Positions 38,229 to 48,088 of a DNA stretch of 64,000 nucleotides are shown in pieces. The translations under genes were made by a program, and so were the position numbers. This DNA is from an uncultured Pseudomonadales bacterium (GTDB taxonomy: Bacteria > Patescibacteriota > Microgenomatia > UBA1400 > RBG-16-45-19), in assembly GCA_964441155.1 (NCBI GenBank), contig CAYYKL010000001.1:216393-280392 (forward strand), given 5' to 3'. The notes beneath the pieces were generated by a model that saw nothing but the letters and a program-made list of their open reading frames with translations, did not search any database and had not been told where the DNA came from. The first letter of the stretch is position 1. The number at the start of each line of letters is the position of its first letter.

Positions 38229-39311
38229 ATGGCTGAAATGTATCGACGATCACAATTTCACATCATCATTGGCATCATTGTACTGGGCTTACTCGGTCTT
38301 TTTTATGCTCAATCGAGGGGAAAACTGCCAGGTCTGACTTCGCCTCAATCACTGATCCCGAAGCAAATTACTGAATTAGATTCCAATTCCGCGAATCCCA
38401 TCAATCCAGCCCATCCGCTATCAATTGAGTCATTGCGCCAAGGTAACTACCCAGGCAGTGAGTTGGTTATCGAGCAGACCTTGTCACCGGGATCAAATTA
38501 CGCACGCTTTATTGCTTCCTATCAATCTGAAGGATTAAAGCAATTCGGACTCCTCACTATTCCTACTGGTCAAAAGCCTGAGAGTGGTTGGCCGGTAATT
38601 ATCTTTAATCATGGCTATATTCCACCTGAAGAATATCGTACTACCGAGCGTTATATTGCCTATACTGATGGGTTTTCTCGCAACGGCTACATACTCTTCC
38701 GGCCTGACTACCGGGGTCACGGCAATTCTGAAGGCGAAGCAGCTGGTGGATATGGATCAAACGCGTACACAATCGATGTGTTAAACGCAGTTGCCTCAGT
38801 GAAAAAACATCCTGATGTAGATGTCGACAGGATTGGCATGTGGGGCCACAGCATGGGTGGTCACATAACGCTGCGCTCGATGGTCGTGATCCAAGATATC
38901 AAAGCCGGAGTCATTTGGGCCGGAGTTGTGGCCTCATATCCTGATTTGCTCACCAATTGGCGCCGCTCAAACCGACCAACACCAGTGATAACCCAACCAA
39001 ACCGTAGGCGCTGGCGCGATGAACTCACTCGGCTCTTCGGTACTCCGGAGGATAACCTTGCTGCTTGGAATTCAATTTCCGCAAATGCTTTTCTAAGCGA
39101 TATTTCAGGTCCCGTGCAATTGCACCACGGCACCGCAGACACATCTGTACCATTTGAATTTTCACAAAAGCTTGAGAAGCAAATGCAAGAGGCAGGGAAA
39201 GAAGTTGAATCTTATATCTATGACGGCGACGATCACAACCTAAGTCAGTCGTTTTCAGTTGCCATGCAGCGATCACTCGCGTTTTTTGATATCCATGTTA
39301 AACAACCTTAA
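38229..39311 (+). CDS. Membrane-anchored alpha/beta hydrolase (S9 peptidase-like)
   Basis: N-terminal TM; NHGY, DYRGHG, GHSMGG nucleophile elbow, HHGTAD..V, DDH. Confidence 0.88.
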   Translation: MAEMYRRSQFHIIIGIIVLGLLGLFYAQSRGKLPGLTSPQSLIPKQITELDSNSANPINPAHPLSIESLRQGNYPGSELVIEQTLSPGSNYARFIASYQSEGLKQFGLLTIPTGQKPESGWPVIIFNHGYIPPEEYRTTERYIAYTDGFSRNGYILFRPDYRGHGNSEGEAAGGYGSNAYTIDVLNAVASVKKHPDVDVDRIGMWGHSMGGHITLRSMVVIQDIKAGVIWAGVVASYPDLLTNWRRSNRPTPVITQPNRRRWRDELTRLFGTPEDNLAAWNSISANAFLSDISGPVQLHHGTADTSVPFEFSQKLEKQMQEAGKEVESYIYDGDDHNLSQSFSVAMQRSLAFFDIHVKQP

Positions 39312-39359
39312 AAATTACACGCTTACTTACACTAGTTTTTTGAATGGAGGTGAATACAA

Positions 39360-39830
39360 ATGAAACAACACATACATTGGCTTGAGCTTAAGAAATTATT
39401 TATTGCGGGCGTTGCTCCAGCGTTCGTTCTAGCTGGCTGTAATTCCACTCCATCAACGCAAAACACAACAGAGCCTTTGACTGAGCCAGTTATTGAGCAA
39501 GCGGAAACGATTGAAGCCAGCAACGAAGCCCAAACGACCACTGAATTGGGTGAAGCCAGAATCATCGAGGTCGAAGGTGGAGGCTTCTACTATAAACCCA
39601 ACGAGATTCGGGTTAAAAAAGGAGAGACGGTCAAAATCGTGCTCAAGAGTGTTGACATGATGCATGACTTTGTCATTGATGAACTCGATGTTAAGTCTGA
39701 GATTATTAAATCTGGTGACACTGGAGAAGTTGAGTTTACCGCCGACACGGTTGGTGAATTTGAATTCTATTGCTCAGTTGGCCAACACCGCGCTAATGGC
39801 ATGGTTGGAACGCTCATTGTTGAGGAATAA
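39360..39830 (+). CDS. Cupredoxin (type 1 copper) lipoprotein
   Basis: Lipobox LAGC; ligands H(DF), YCSVGQH...GM; SD GGAGGTG. Confidence 0.9.
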   Translation: MKQHIHWLELKKLFIAGVAPAFVLAGCNSTPSTQNTTEPLTEPVIEQAETIEASNEAQTTTELGEARIIEVEGGGFYYKPNEIRVKKGETVKIVLKSVDMMHDFVIDELDVKSEIIKSGDTGEVEFTADTVGEFEFYCSVGQHRANGMVGTLIVEE

Positions 39831-39862
39831 GTAAGAATTCTTTTTTAAAACGATGCAAACTT

Positions 39863-39898
39863 GGGGAATCTAACACATAGATTCCCCGTTTGTTTTTA
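39863..39898 (+). terminator. Intrinsic terminator after the cupredoxin gene
   Basis: Perfect 10-bp stem GGGGAATCTA-acaca-TAGATTCCCC followed by a T-rich run. Confidence 0.75.
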
Positions 39899-39899
39899 T

Positions 39900-41063
39900 T
39901 TAGTTTTCTTGCTGAAAATCGCGAAGCAATGTTTGTGCGGAAAGCAGGTTTTGGTTATACAGCACTGCTTTTTCATATTCTTGCCTCGCTGCTGGACGGT
40001 TACCACGTTGTTCGTGAGCTTGGCCGCGCAACATATAGAGCTCCGAAAAGGCTTTGTTTGGGCCGCTTAGAATTCCATTGGTTAACGCAAACACTTTGTC
40101 GTACTCGCCCACATGAAGATACGCTTCAATTGGTTGAATTTGATACCACAACATGCGCTGCGATAAGGCAGGAGCGACTTGTTCATATAATTGAACTGCT
40201 TGTTCATATTTTCCCAGGTGAAACGCAGCAATACTTTGATTAAACACATGGACACTATTTTGTGGATCTAGTTCAAGCTCATCTTCTGTTTGCTCATAAA
40301 ACAACTCCCACGCCTTCGATGCGCTGGCCAAATCCCCAAGCATATTCTCTAACTCTTCCGCCTTCTCAAGCGGAGCAATAACCAAAAATTCAGATTGAAA
40401 TGGCAACCATAAATTTTCAAAATCAGAGTAATCGTAGCGCAATCCTTTCCCCTGAAGTGAGTCATCCTGAATCAACTCTTGAGTTTGATCATCATACCCA
40501 CGAATGACCCGATAGTGCCCAATATCATCGGTAGCATTCAACCAGGTTCTCACTAGAACTGGATAATCATGAGCAATCAACAATTTAGTGAGTGTTATTG
40601 ATCCACCGGGTCGATGATATGCACTAAAGCCTCTGCGCTCTGCCTCAAGCGCGAGCTCAGAAATCGTGACCGACTTGTCATCTTCAATCCCTTGCGGATG
40701 CTGGCGAGGACGCAACAAATCTCCCAATTCTTTCTGACTGATGTTTGTGCCATGGTAGGAGAAAAGCATTGAGAGGCTGGCTGGTCCGCAGTTGTTGAAA
40801 GTTTGAAACGCGTGCAGTTGCTGGGGAATTTCATAGTTAGTGGGAAGCGGGGCTGGAGATGATGTTGGCGAAGGCTTTCTCGCGGAAGATGGCTTTATGA
40901 TACTTTCGAGAGTGGTGCTGTTTTCACTTGTAACTTGAACTGATGCTGAGAGAAAGTTAAGCGCAAGAAGAGTGAGCAATACCACCAAGCCAAGGCCGCC
41001 CACAAAAATCGCGAGCGCTATTTTCGTAACCTCACTGTGATAAATATTGAGCAAGCGTTTCAT
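39900..41063 (-). CDS. Membrane-anchored C39-like peptidase with C-terminal TPRs
   Basis: QTFNNCGPAS, GHYRVIRGYD, QDDS; helical TPR-like C-terminus. Confidence 0.85.
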   Translation of the reverse strand: MKRLLNIYHSEVTKIALAIFVGGLGLVVLLTLLALNFLSASVQVTSENSTTLESIIKPSSARKPSPTSSPAPLPTNYEIPQQLHAFQTFNNCGPASLSMLFSYHGTNISQKELGDLLRPRQHPQGIEDDKSVTISELALEAERRGFSAYHRPGGSITLTKLLIAHDYPVLVRTWLNATDDIGHYRVIRGYDDQTQELIQDDSLQGKGLRYDYSDFENLWLPFQSEFLVIAPLEKAEELENMLGDLASASKAWELFYEQTEDELELDPQNSVHVFNQSIAAFHLGKYEQAVQLYEQVAPALSQRMLWYQIQPIEAYLHVGEYDKVFALTNGILSGPNKAFSELYMLRGQAHEQRGNRPAARQEYEKAVLYNQNLLSAQTLLRDFQQEN

Positions 41064-41116
41064 CCGCTTCTATGGTACCAGTCTCCACAAGCTCAACTGT
41101 TATCTCGTCACCAAGG

Positions 41117-41875
41117 TTAGCGATCTAGACGTTTTCGATATGACACACTTGCTAGGGCTGACAAAATAAGCACAAGAACAGATAATCCCACAACATTTCG
41201 AATTGCAATTATTTCAGGATGTTTCTGGGTGATGCCAATAATAGCCCAGATAACAACTCCAGAAACAATTACATCGCGCTCGCGCCATTGGAACAAAAGT
41301 GCTAGGACTGTTGCCACACAAATCATGACTATAGTCCAAAAAAGTGCGGACATGCCAAATTGATTCCAATTGAAGTCATAGAGCACGACACTTACATTGG
41401 CAATCGTGGCCACACATATCCAGCCTAAGTAGAGGCTAAAGGGAAACTTGTACCACAGAGGTGAATATTTTTTGCTCGAAATAAGATGGGTGACTTCTTT
41501 GTAGATGGCAATTAGGGTCAGCAATAACCCAATCATTATTCCTAGGCTGACCACTAAATACTGATACTGCCATGCCAGGATCCAGGCACTGTTTAACATG
41601 AAGTTGCCAAGTGTGAGCTCGCGCAAGTGGTTTAGTTTGACGTCAGACAAGGCGTTGGGTCGCAGTTGATACAGGCTAAAGCCTGCGAGGCTCACGTAGA
41701 TAAGTGACCAAATACTAAACACATATCCAGCGGGTGTGAATAAGACGGGGTACAGGTCGGAAATACTACCGGTGTCAATGCCATTAAGCGCCCCACTTGC
41801 CGCAAAGCCATTAGTCACTAGAGTGATCAAAAGAACGATTGGAACAGCTAATGCCAAGATTTTAGTTTTATTCAT
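41117..41875 (-). CDS. TspO/MBR-like tryptophan-rich membrane protein
   Basis: FTPAGYVFSIWSLIY, LNSAWILAW, FSLYLGWICVATIAN. Confidence 0.85.
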   Translation of the reverse strand: MNKTKILALAVPIVLLITLVTNGFAASGALNGIDTGSISDLYPVLFTPAGYVFSIWSLIYVSLAGFSLYQLRPNALSDVKLNHLRELTLGNFMLNSAWILAWQYQYLVVSLGIMIGLLLTLIAIYKEVTHLISSKKYSPLWYKFPFSLYLGWICVATIANVSVVLYDFNWNQFGMSALFWTIVMICVATVLALLFQWRERDVIVSGVVIWAIIGITQKHPEIIAIRNVVGLSVLVLILSALASVSYRKRLDR

Positions 41876-42105
41876 AATGATTTCATTCTATCAACAATCA
41901 GCACATACTGTGCGAACCCTAATTCGATGCAATGCTTTCACTTTACGGCTGCACCATAAACTCATGGCACCGAAGTAGGAATTTCTTCTAACTATGCTTG
42001 CTTGGTTAGAATCGGTTGTGGTAAAACTGGTGAATAAATCAGGCAAGAATTTCATCACGTCTGTTCTGCAAATTATCTTTACCAATTAGTCCGAAAGTGA
42101 AAAAT

Positions 42106-42639
42106 ATGTTTAGCGCACTAGAACTCATTAAAGATCAAATCAAAAACACCTGAGAAACATTTGAAGGCACAGTTGCCGATATAACTCCAGATATGTTGAC
42201 CAAAGACCCTGGTGGTAAAGCCTTTCCCCTTGGTGCGACGTGGGCACACCTCGTTTTCTCGGAAGATGTAATTGTCCAGGGAATGATGCAAGGCAAAGCT
42301 CCTTTGCATGCAACCACCTGGGAAGGCAAAACTGGCTCAAGCGCGCCCATGCCTGCAATGGACGAGAACTGGTCACAAAATAATGAGACTTGGTCAAAAT
42401 CCGTTGTTATAGATTTGCCGCTTTTCCGCTCCTATGAACAAGCGGTCTACGCTGCCACCGATGCCTATGTTGCTAGTTTGAAAGATGAAGACTTGGAGAA
42501 AGAAGTCGATTTGGGTCATGAAGGCAAAAGAACCTTGGCACACTTACTCAGCTCCTTTGTCATCGGTCACACCAATAATTTGGCTGAAGAAATCTCCGTG
42601 CTCAAAGGGATCCAAGGCAAAAAAGGCTATCAGTTTTAA
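42106..42639 (+). pseudogene. DinB/YfiT-like protein interrupted by an in-frame TGA at codon 16
   Basis: ATG 42106 MFSALELIKDQIKNT*(TGA 42151-53)ETFEGTVADITPDM, in frame with ORF 42193-42639 (AHLVFSED, GHTNNLAEEIS.LKG.QG.KGY). Confidence 0.7.
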
Positions 42640-42680
42640 GCAGAATCAAACGTCATGCTACCCAGGGTTATACTAAAAAC

Positions 42681-43100
42681 ATGATCAAACCCTTGCTTGT
42701 TGTAGTATTGATTCTGGGAGCGCTGTTTGGAGGTTATCGATTATCACAGCCTGATTCGTGCGGAGCCGCATGCGATGTGAACATTTCCACAGTTAAGCCA
42801 GCTGAATTTGCAAAGCAAACCAAAGAAGCAAATATTGTTGTACTGGATGTTCGCACCAAAGAAGAGTTTGATCAGGGACATCTTGCGGGTGCTGTGAATA
42901 TTGATATCAATAACACTACTGCTTTTAATGACTTTGTGAGCCATCTTGATAAAAATAAAAAGTATTTAGTCTATTGCCGCTCGGGAAACCGCTCAGGCCA
43001 AGCCATGAAAATGATGCAAGACAAAGGCTTCACCCAGATCACTAACCTCGACGGCGGGATTCAATCCTGGCAAAGTGCTGGACATGGATTAGAATTATAA
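42681..43100 (+). CDS. Membrane-anchored rhodanese-like protein
   Basis: LDVRTKEEF..GHL.GA, YCRSGNRS, LDGGI..W. Confidence 0.93.
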   Translation: MIKPLLVVVLILGALFGGYRLSQPDSCGAACDVNISTVKPAEFAKQTKEANIVVLDVRTKEEFDQGHLAGAVNIDINNTTAFNDFVSHLDKNKKYLVYCRSGNRSGQAMKMMQDKGFTQITNLDGGIQSWQSAGHGLEL

Positions 43101-43166
43101 TAAATATAATCTCAATTCATACGATGCTTTATTGTATAAGTGTCTTGATTAAAATATCATTAATTA

Positions 43167-44075
43167 ATGACCAGCAATTTAAATGATGGCACTACAACAC
43201 AACATTTCCCTGAGACTATTCAGCAATCATCTCCTTCTGGAATACCGAATCAATCGACATCAATCGATCCGATACGAAGCCAACAAAATTCTCTTAAAAA
43301 ATCATCAAGAACAAAAATATTTCTTTTCATTGGTATCATCGCGTGTTTTTTAAGCGCCGGCATTTGTATAGCTATAAGTATCCAGCAGAAAAAGTTAGCA
43401 GAATTAATTTCGATAAACCAAGCAAAAGATTTAGAACCAACAGTAAAAATTCAGCCAACTATTTTCCCAACGTTTTTTCCTAATCCAAGTGTGACCGAAT
43501 CTGCACGAAGTGATTCAAGCACAACTCAGCTCATGAATATGGTCGCCGCCGGATCACAAATGATGGGAGCTTTTTCGTATGTGGGCATGTATGCAGATGG
43601 TGATTTTCTAAAGATAAACAATTTTCCCTCTGCAAAATCAAATGCTGGCTGCCTCGAAGGGAACGTGGTCACAAGCAAATATATGGAGATAGAAGATTAT
43701 ATAAAAATGTCGGGAATCATGGATATGGCATATACACCAAGCGAGCCGGAGGATGGATTGCTCTGCGATGGTTCTTCAACGCTTTTCATCAGGCATAATG
43801 GGAAGGAATACAGCTTTAGAAATCCTTGTACCCGCAGTCCATCTGCTGCAGATGAAAAAATTGAACAACTTAAGCATGATATTTTTTCAAAACTAGCGTT
43901 GATTCTCGAAGAAAATAGTGGAACATCATGCGCAGAAGGTGGGTATATACATGTGAATAAATCAGACTATTTTTGCGAAAAACCTCAAATCAAAACTTTC
44001 AACGGTACTTCGAATTTGCCTAGTTATTTGGCCAATACGATCAATAATAGAAAAGAATATGCATTCACTGGATAA
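43167..44075 (+). CDS. Hypothetical bitopic protein with Cys-containing extracellular domain (possibly truncated)
   Basis: One TM; the frame stays open 39 further codons past TAA 44073-75 to 44195. Confidence 0.65.
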   Translation: MTSNLNDGTTTQHFPETIQQSSPSGIPNQSTSIDPIRSQQNSLKKSSRTKIFLFIGIIACFLSAGICIAISIQQKKLAELISINQAKDLEPTVKIQPTIFPTFFPNPSVTESARSDSSTTQLMNMVAAGSQMMGAFSYVGMYADGDFLKINNFPSAKSNAGCLEGNVVTSKYMEIEDYIKMSGIMDMAYTPSEPEDGLLCDGSSTLFIRHNGKEYSFRNPCTRSPSAADEKIEQLKHDIFSKLALILEENSGTSCAEGGYIHVNKSDYFCEKPQIKTFNGTSNLPSYLANTINNRKEYAFTG

Positions 44076-44221
44076 ATTAATGAGCAGGTAAAATCATGGA
44101 ATTATCAAACGTTTAAAATAGGTGACTCCTGCTACTTCACAAGACTATACCAATACGCAAGCAATAATTTTGAAGATTTTTATGAAAATAATTAATTTCT
44201 GCTCATGCATGCTTTTTTTGT

Positions 44222-44232
44222 TGCCGGACTAG
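44222..44232. repeat. 11-bp direct repeat of the tRNA-Gln 3' end (att-like remnant)
   Basis: TGCCGGACTAG at 44222-44232 is identical to 44952-44962. Confidence 0.45.
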
Positions 44233-44403
44233 ATATCCCAGATCTCTTCGCATCTGGATACACTTTTCATGCAGTTCACGCTTGATGTGCAGATTCTCAC
44301 CTACGATTCGATTCTTAAATTAAACGAATTAGTATTTCCACATTATTCGTTTTTAACTCATTCGACATATTGCTAAAGATTTTGCTTCACTGCGCACGTA
44401 AAA

Positions 44404-44859
44404 CTATTGTCTTAACTTTTGGCAACTACCATCGTATTTAATTTGTATATTATGCCATGCTTCGGAACGATAATACTCCTCATCACAGTTGCTGATTGAT
44501 ACTTGAAGTTCATTTTCGCTAATCCATGAAGCTTGTAACGAATCCAATGGCCCATTAGTAGAAATTACAGATTTTGCCATGCCTTTTCGGAAACTTAATA
44601 TTTGAGAAAAGCTAAATGGAGTTGTGGCATCTATTATGGATATGCTCGAAACAAATCCTGTGGTTGCGCCGCCGTTAGATTCTGAGACTTGGGCATAATA
44701 TGATTTGTCGGGAGAATATACCCTAGGTGAAAAAGTAATCGTCAATTTATAGACAATCGTAAGCCAAAAGAAAGGAGTGAGCACAATGAGGAGCGAAAAT
44801 GTAAATAATGAAATCAACATTCGTGGCAGCTTAGACTTTTCAAAGTTTTCATTGGTCAT
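44404..44859 (-). CDS. Hypothetical single-TM protein (SPD...GGAT motif)
   Basis: N-terminal TM; YSPDKSYYAQV...GGATTGF; W.SENEL.V. Confidence 0.7.
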   Translation of the reverse strand: MTNENFEKSKLPRMLISLFTFSLLIVLTPFFWLTIVYKLTITFSPRVYSPDKSYYAQVSESNGGATTGFVSSISIIDATTPFSFSQILSFRKGMAKSVISTNGPLDSLQASWISENELQVSISNCDEEYYRSEAWHNIQIKYDGSCQKLRQ

Positions 44860-44950
44860 ACGACTTACTATATCAAATGGCTTGTGCGCTGCCTTTTCAA
44901 AGACAAATCAATTTAAAAACTAGAATTTTTATCCGACTTTTTTTATTGAG

Positions 44951-45021
44951 CTGCCGGACTAGGATTCGAACCTAGAATACCTGATTCAGAGTCAGGCGTG
45001 ATGCCATTTCACCATCCGGCA
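44951..45021 (-). tRNA. tRNA-Gln (anticodon CTG), CCA not encoded
   Basis: Acceptor stem TGCCGGA/TCCGGCA, anticodon arm CCTGA-ctCTGaa-TCAGG, T arm CTAGG-TTCGAAT-CCTAG. Confidence 0.96.
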
Positions 45022-45317
45022 ATGCATACTTAGAATTTTACAGGATTAGCAAAATTATTTTCGCTCTAATAGATTAATCTAAGATTAACCATTTCACCCT
45101 CCTTCATACCAGATGTTGCGCTACTTTAGGCTTGTTCAGCCAGATCGCAAATCTGGATATTCTGGAGGACAGGCCATCCGGCAAAACTGGATATGTGACT
45201 TTTGACATTCGACTTTCGACAAAATGCAAATCACCAGACCAAATTGTACGTGCAACTTGATGAAAGATCAAACATTCCTTAATTGCATTAACCACCAAGC
45301 TTGATTAAAGTGATGAT

Positions 45318-46424
45318 ATGGATAACTTTTCTATTGATTCATCGAGCACAAGCCAATACTCCTACCTTCCGAAAAAAACTGTGATTGTCATCATTGCCAT
45401 TTTATTGTGCGGTTTTGTTGCAACGTTTATTAGTGGGTTTTATTTGTCAGATGTATTCTCCAGAGAAAAACCTACCGCAGGCCTACAAAATGAACTCAAT
45501 CCATCTCCCACTGAGACACCGACTGAAGCAAATGACATTTTGGAAGAAATTCAAGAATCAACAAATTTTATTCCAGGCATGAATTTTTTTGACGACACTA
45601 TCATGCTGGTGAGCAAACAGGAGCCACATATAAGCTTGATTGCCACAGCAACAAGGCATCAAAATGAACAGGGATATACTCAAAACACTCGAGTAAGTTA
45701 TTTTAATGGCAAGGATTGGACTAGAAAATTAGCTCAAAATGCTACCAGCGATTCTGCCATTGTCAGCAATATTCTTGTCAAACGATGGGAAATTGACATT
45801 AACAAATCCAGAGTATTAAAACAACGCGTGGATGGTGAGATATCAATAGGAGGCGACGCGCTTACTTTTTCAACCAGTGAACTTGAAAACGAAATTGGTA
45901 TGCGTAGTTTGCCTGGATATACAAAATTCATGTCGAATGGTTCGGGAACACTCAAGGTGAATGGCAACAACTTAGCTGTTCATGTTTTATACACCAGAAT
46001 TTATTCACTTAATTCGGCGGACATCCAGTTTTATAACCAACCCCTTGGTCTTACCACTGATTGGGTTGCCTTTTGGGACAATCAAGGCAACTTTTATCAT
46101 ATTGATAACACACAAGTAGACAGACCAACGCCTATTTATGAATCTCATCAGATAGGGGTTTTAAAATCAGCAGACAGCAGTGTTCTTAAATCGTTTAGCC
46201 TCGAAGTTCAAAGGGATGGGAATACGCCCCCGACAGACTATGTGGTGAATATTCATAACCCCATTAGCAAAAAACTACGATTCTCACTGAAAAATAACAT
46301 CAACAAGTCCAGCAATAAATCTATGACTTGGTTTATGGGCAGCATAGCTGGCACTGTAATCGATGAGGCGAGCGAATCCACCATTGAAGGCTTCGGTTTA
46401 GTTGAATATATCCATAATCAATAA
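45318..46424 (+). CDS. Hypothetical membrane-anchored, beta-rich extracellular protein
   Basis: N-terminal TM, Pro/Thr linker, alternating beta-strand pattern ending GFGLVEY. Confidence 0.75.
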   Translation: MDNFSIDSSSTSQYSYLPKKTVIVIIAILLCGFVATFISGFYLSDVFSREKPTAGLQNELNPSPTETPTEANDILEEIQESTNFIPGMNFFDDTIMLVSKQEPHISLIATATRHQNEQGYTQNTRVSYFNGKDWTRKLAQNATSDSAIVSNILVKRWEIDINKSRVLKQRVDGEISIGGDALTFSTSELENEIGMRSLPGYTKFMSNGSGTLKVNGNNLAVHVLYTRIYSLNSADIQFYNQPLGLTTDWVAFWDNQGNFYHIDNTQVDRPTPIYESHQIGVLKSADSSVLKSFSLEVQRDGNTPPTDYVVNIHNPISKKLRFSLKNNINKSSNKSMTWFMGSIAGTVIDEASESTIEGFGLVEYIHNQ

Positions 46425-46711
46425 ATCGGCCTATATGGATTGAACAACTTTAGACAAATAATTAGTATTATCGCCATGAGAATTAGCAGACAAAGAATAA
46501 CACCGTAAACTTTGCTTTTAGATGCTCCCGTAAGCTTGCTCCATAATGTTCCTAAGCCCATGGCGGGTATAGAAATTCCTCCCATGAAGATGGCAACTAA
46601 TTTCACTATAGGAATGAGCAAAAGTGGCGGAAGCATTACAAGAGCGTGTGCTGAGCTTGGAAAAACAACTATAATCAATAAAAATACTAAAATAAAAACT
46701 ATTTTACCCAT
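46418..46711 (-). CDS. Small hydrophobic membrane protein
   Basis: 97 aa; signal-like N-terminus (AHA|) plus two TMs. Confidence 0.7.
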   Translation of the reverse strand: MGKIVFILVFLLIIVVFPSSAHALVMLPPLLLIPIVKLVAIFMGGISIPAMGLGTLWSKLTGASKSKVYGVILCLLILMAIILIICLKLFNPYRPIY

Positions 46712-46726
46712 ATATACTTACCATAC

Positions 46727-48088
46727 ATGAGTGCTAAACCAAATAACAGACATCAAGCTAGGTATTATTACGGAGGGCTAGCTGAAATTGTTAATACCCC
46801 TAGCCAACTTACCTATTCTTACATTAAGGAATGGTTTACAGGAGCTAATAGCTTAGGAATTGCAGCCAGCATGCTCAATTTGCCGTATTCGAAAACGAAT
46901 AATCCTGTTTTGGAACTCAGTAACGGGGAACTGGCCGTCAATTTGAAGAATGAAGAAAAAACGCTCTATGGATCGACCATAATGGAATATGAGGACTACT
47001 TTGATAGCAGCGCATTACCCCGGTTAAAACTAAATTTGATTAAGGCCTTAAATCCCAAGCGATTACTAGGGACAGCACAAATCCTCTTCACTCAAGCCTC
47101 CTGGGTCGCACATTCCGAAAAAACAATCGCTTATGCCCAGCATTTAATAGATACATTTCCTGCTGAACCTAAGACAGCTAATTTGGATCAACTTAATGTT
47201 CTCATTTCAAATAAAGTGTGGCCAAGAGTGATTGCTGTGGGCATGTTAAGTGAATTTTTTCATCAAATGACGTTGAAAGAAGCTAAATCAGAGAGTGCTC
47301 AAGTTTCAAGTTATATTAGTTTTCATCTGAGTAAAAAGGATTGGTTTTTTCAATCAATTGCAGATCAACTCAAAGTAAAGAAGGGGGAAATGTCGTTTGA
47401 AACATATATTCTTTCATATGGAATTAGGGCTGATCGAGATTTTGAGCTTACTAGTCCCCGCTGGCACGAAATTCCCGATACTATAAAAGCTAGAATTGAC
47501 GAATCATTTGAAGATGGTGGCAAAATCCAAATCACACCCCACATAGACAATAAAAAAATCCTTGAGCTTGCAAACCACACCATCACTTTACAGATGTTGA
47601 GATCGATTGCTAAGCAAAAAGCACTGTTGCAGTTTAATCAACTTCGACAACAACTTCTGGGAACGCAAATTTTCGTCGACTCTGATACATTCTCTACCAA
47701 AGAGACCTCAACAAAATCATCCAATAAACAGGCGGAAATAACTCATACGTTAGAAGCGGATTTAGTTGATGATGTTAGTCCAACGCAGGGCATTGGGACA
47801 TCTGTTTCTCGAGGTAATGCTACAGGGAAAGTGATGCATATTATCTCAAATGATGTTCAAGTTCCTCCAGGTGTAGTGGGTATTTTCCCTAATGCAAGTC
47901 CTGAGTTTGCTATTCAGTATCCAAAATGCGTTGGGTTAATTTTTTTACGAGGTGGTCAAACTTCTCATGGTTCTATAGTCGCCCGAGAATTTGCCATACC
48001 AGCAATTATTGACAAGCACGCTGCATATATTCCAGAAAATTCAAGCGTAGCGCTTAACGCTACTCATGGAGAATGGAAAATATTATGA
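46727..48088 (+). CDS. PEP-utilizing enzyme: RPH/PigC-like substrate domain plus phosphohistidine swivel domain
   Basis: YGIRADRDFELTSPRWHE (RPH/PigC middle-domain-like); G..VS.G.A.G; GGQTSHGSIVAREFAIPAI. Confidence 0.85.
   Translation: MSAKPNNRHQARYYYGGLAEIVNTPSQLTYSYIKEWFTGANSLGIAASMLNLPYSKTNNPVLELSNGELAVNLKNEEKTLYGSTIMEYEDYFDSSALPRLKLNLIKALNPKRLLGTAQILFTQASWVAHSEKTIAYAQHLIDTFPAEPKTANLDQLNVLISNKVWPRVIAVGMLSEFFHQMTLKEAKSESAQVSSYISFHLSKKDWFFQSIADQLKVKKGEMSFETYILSYGIRADRDFELTSPRWHEIPDTIKARIDESFEDGGKIQITPHIDNKKILELANHTITLQMLRSIAKQKALLQFNQLRQQLLGTQIFVDSDTFSTKETSTKSSNKQAEITHTLEADLVDDVSPTQGIGTSVSRGNATGKVMHIISNDVQVPPGVVGIFPNASPEFAIQYPKCVGLIFLRGGQTSHGSIVAREFAIPAIIDKHAAYIPENSSVALNATHGEWKIL

Noticed and set aside
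42151-42153. TGA as evidence for genetic code 25/4 or selenocysteine
   Set aside because: TGA terminates many well-defined genes here, long conserved genes have no internal TGA, and the position is not a Cys-type catalytic site.
45174-45184. CCATCCGGCAA, identical to 45012-45022 at the tRNA 5' end
   Set aside because: It is an 11-bp match on the 5' side with no further tRNA-like structure; it cannot be distinguished from chance, though it is worth rechecking if the islet is confirmed.
45104-45298. 64-aa ORF upstream of tRNA-Gln
   Set aside because: No motif, weak start and no supporting signals.
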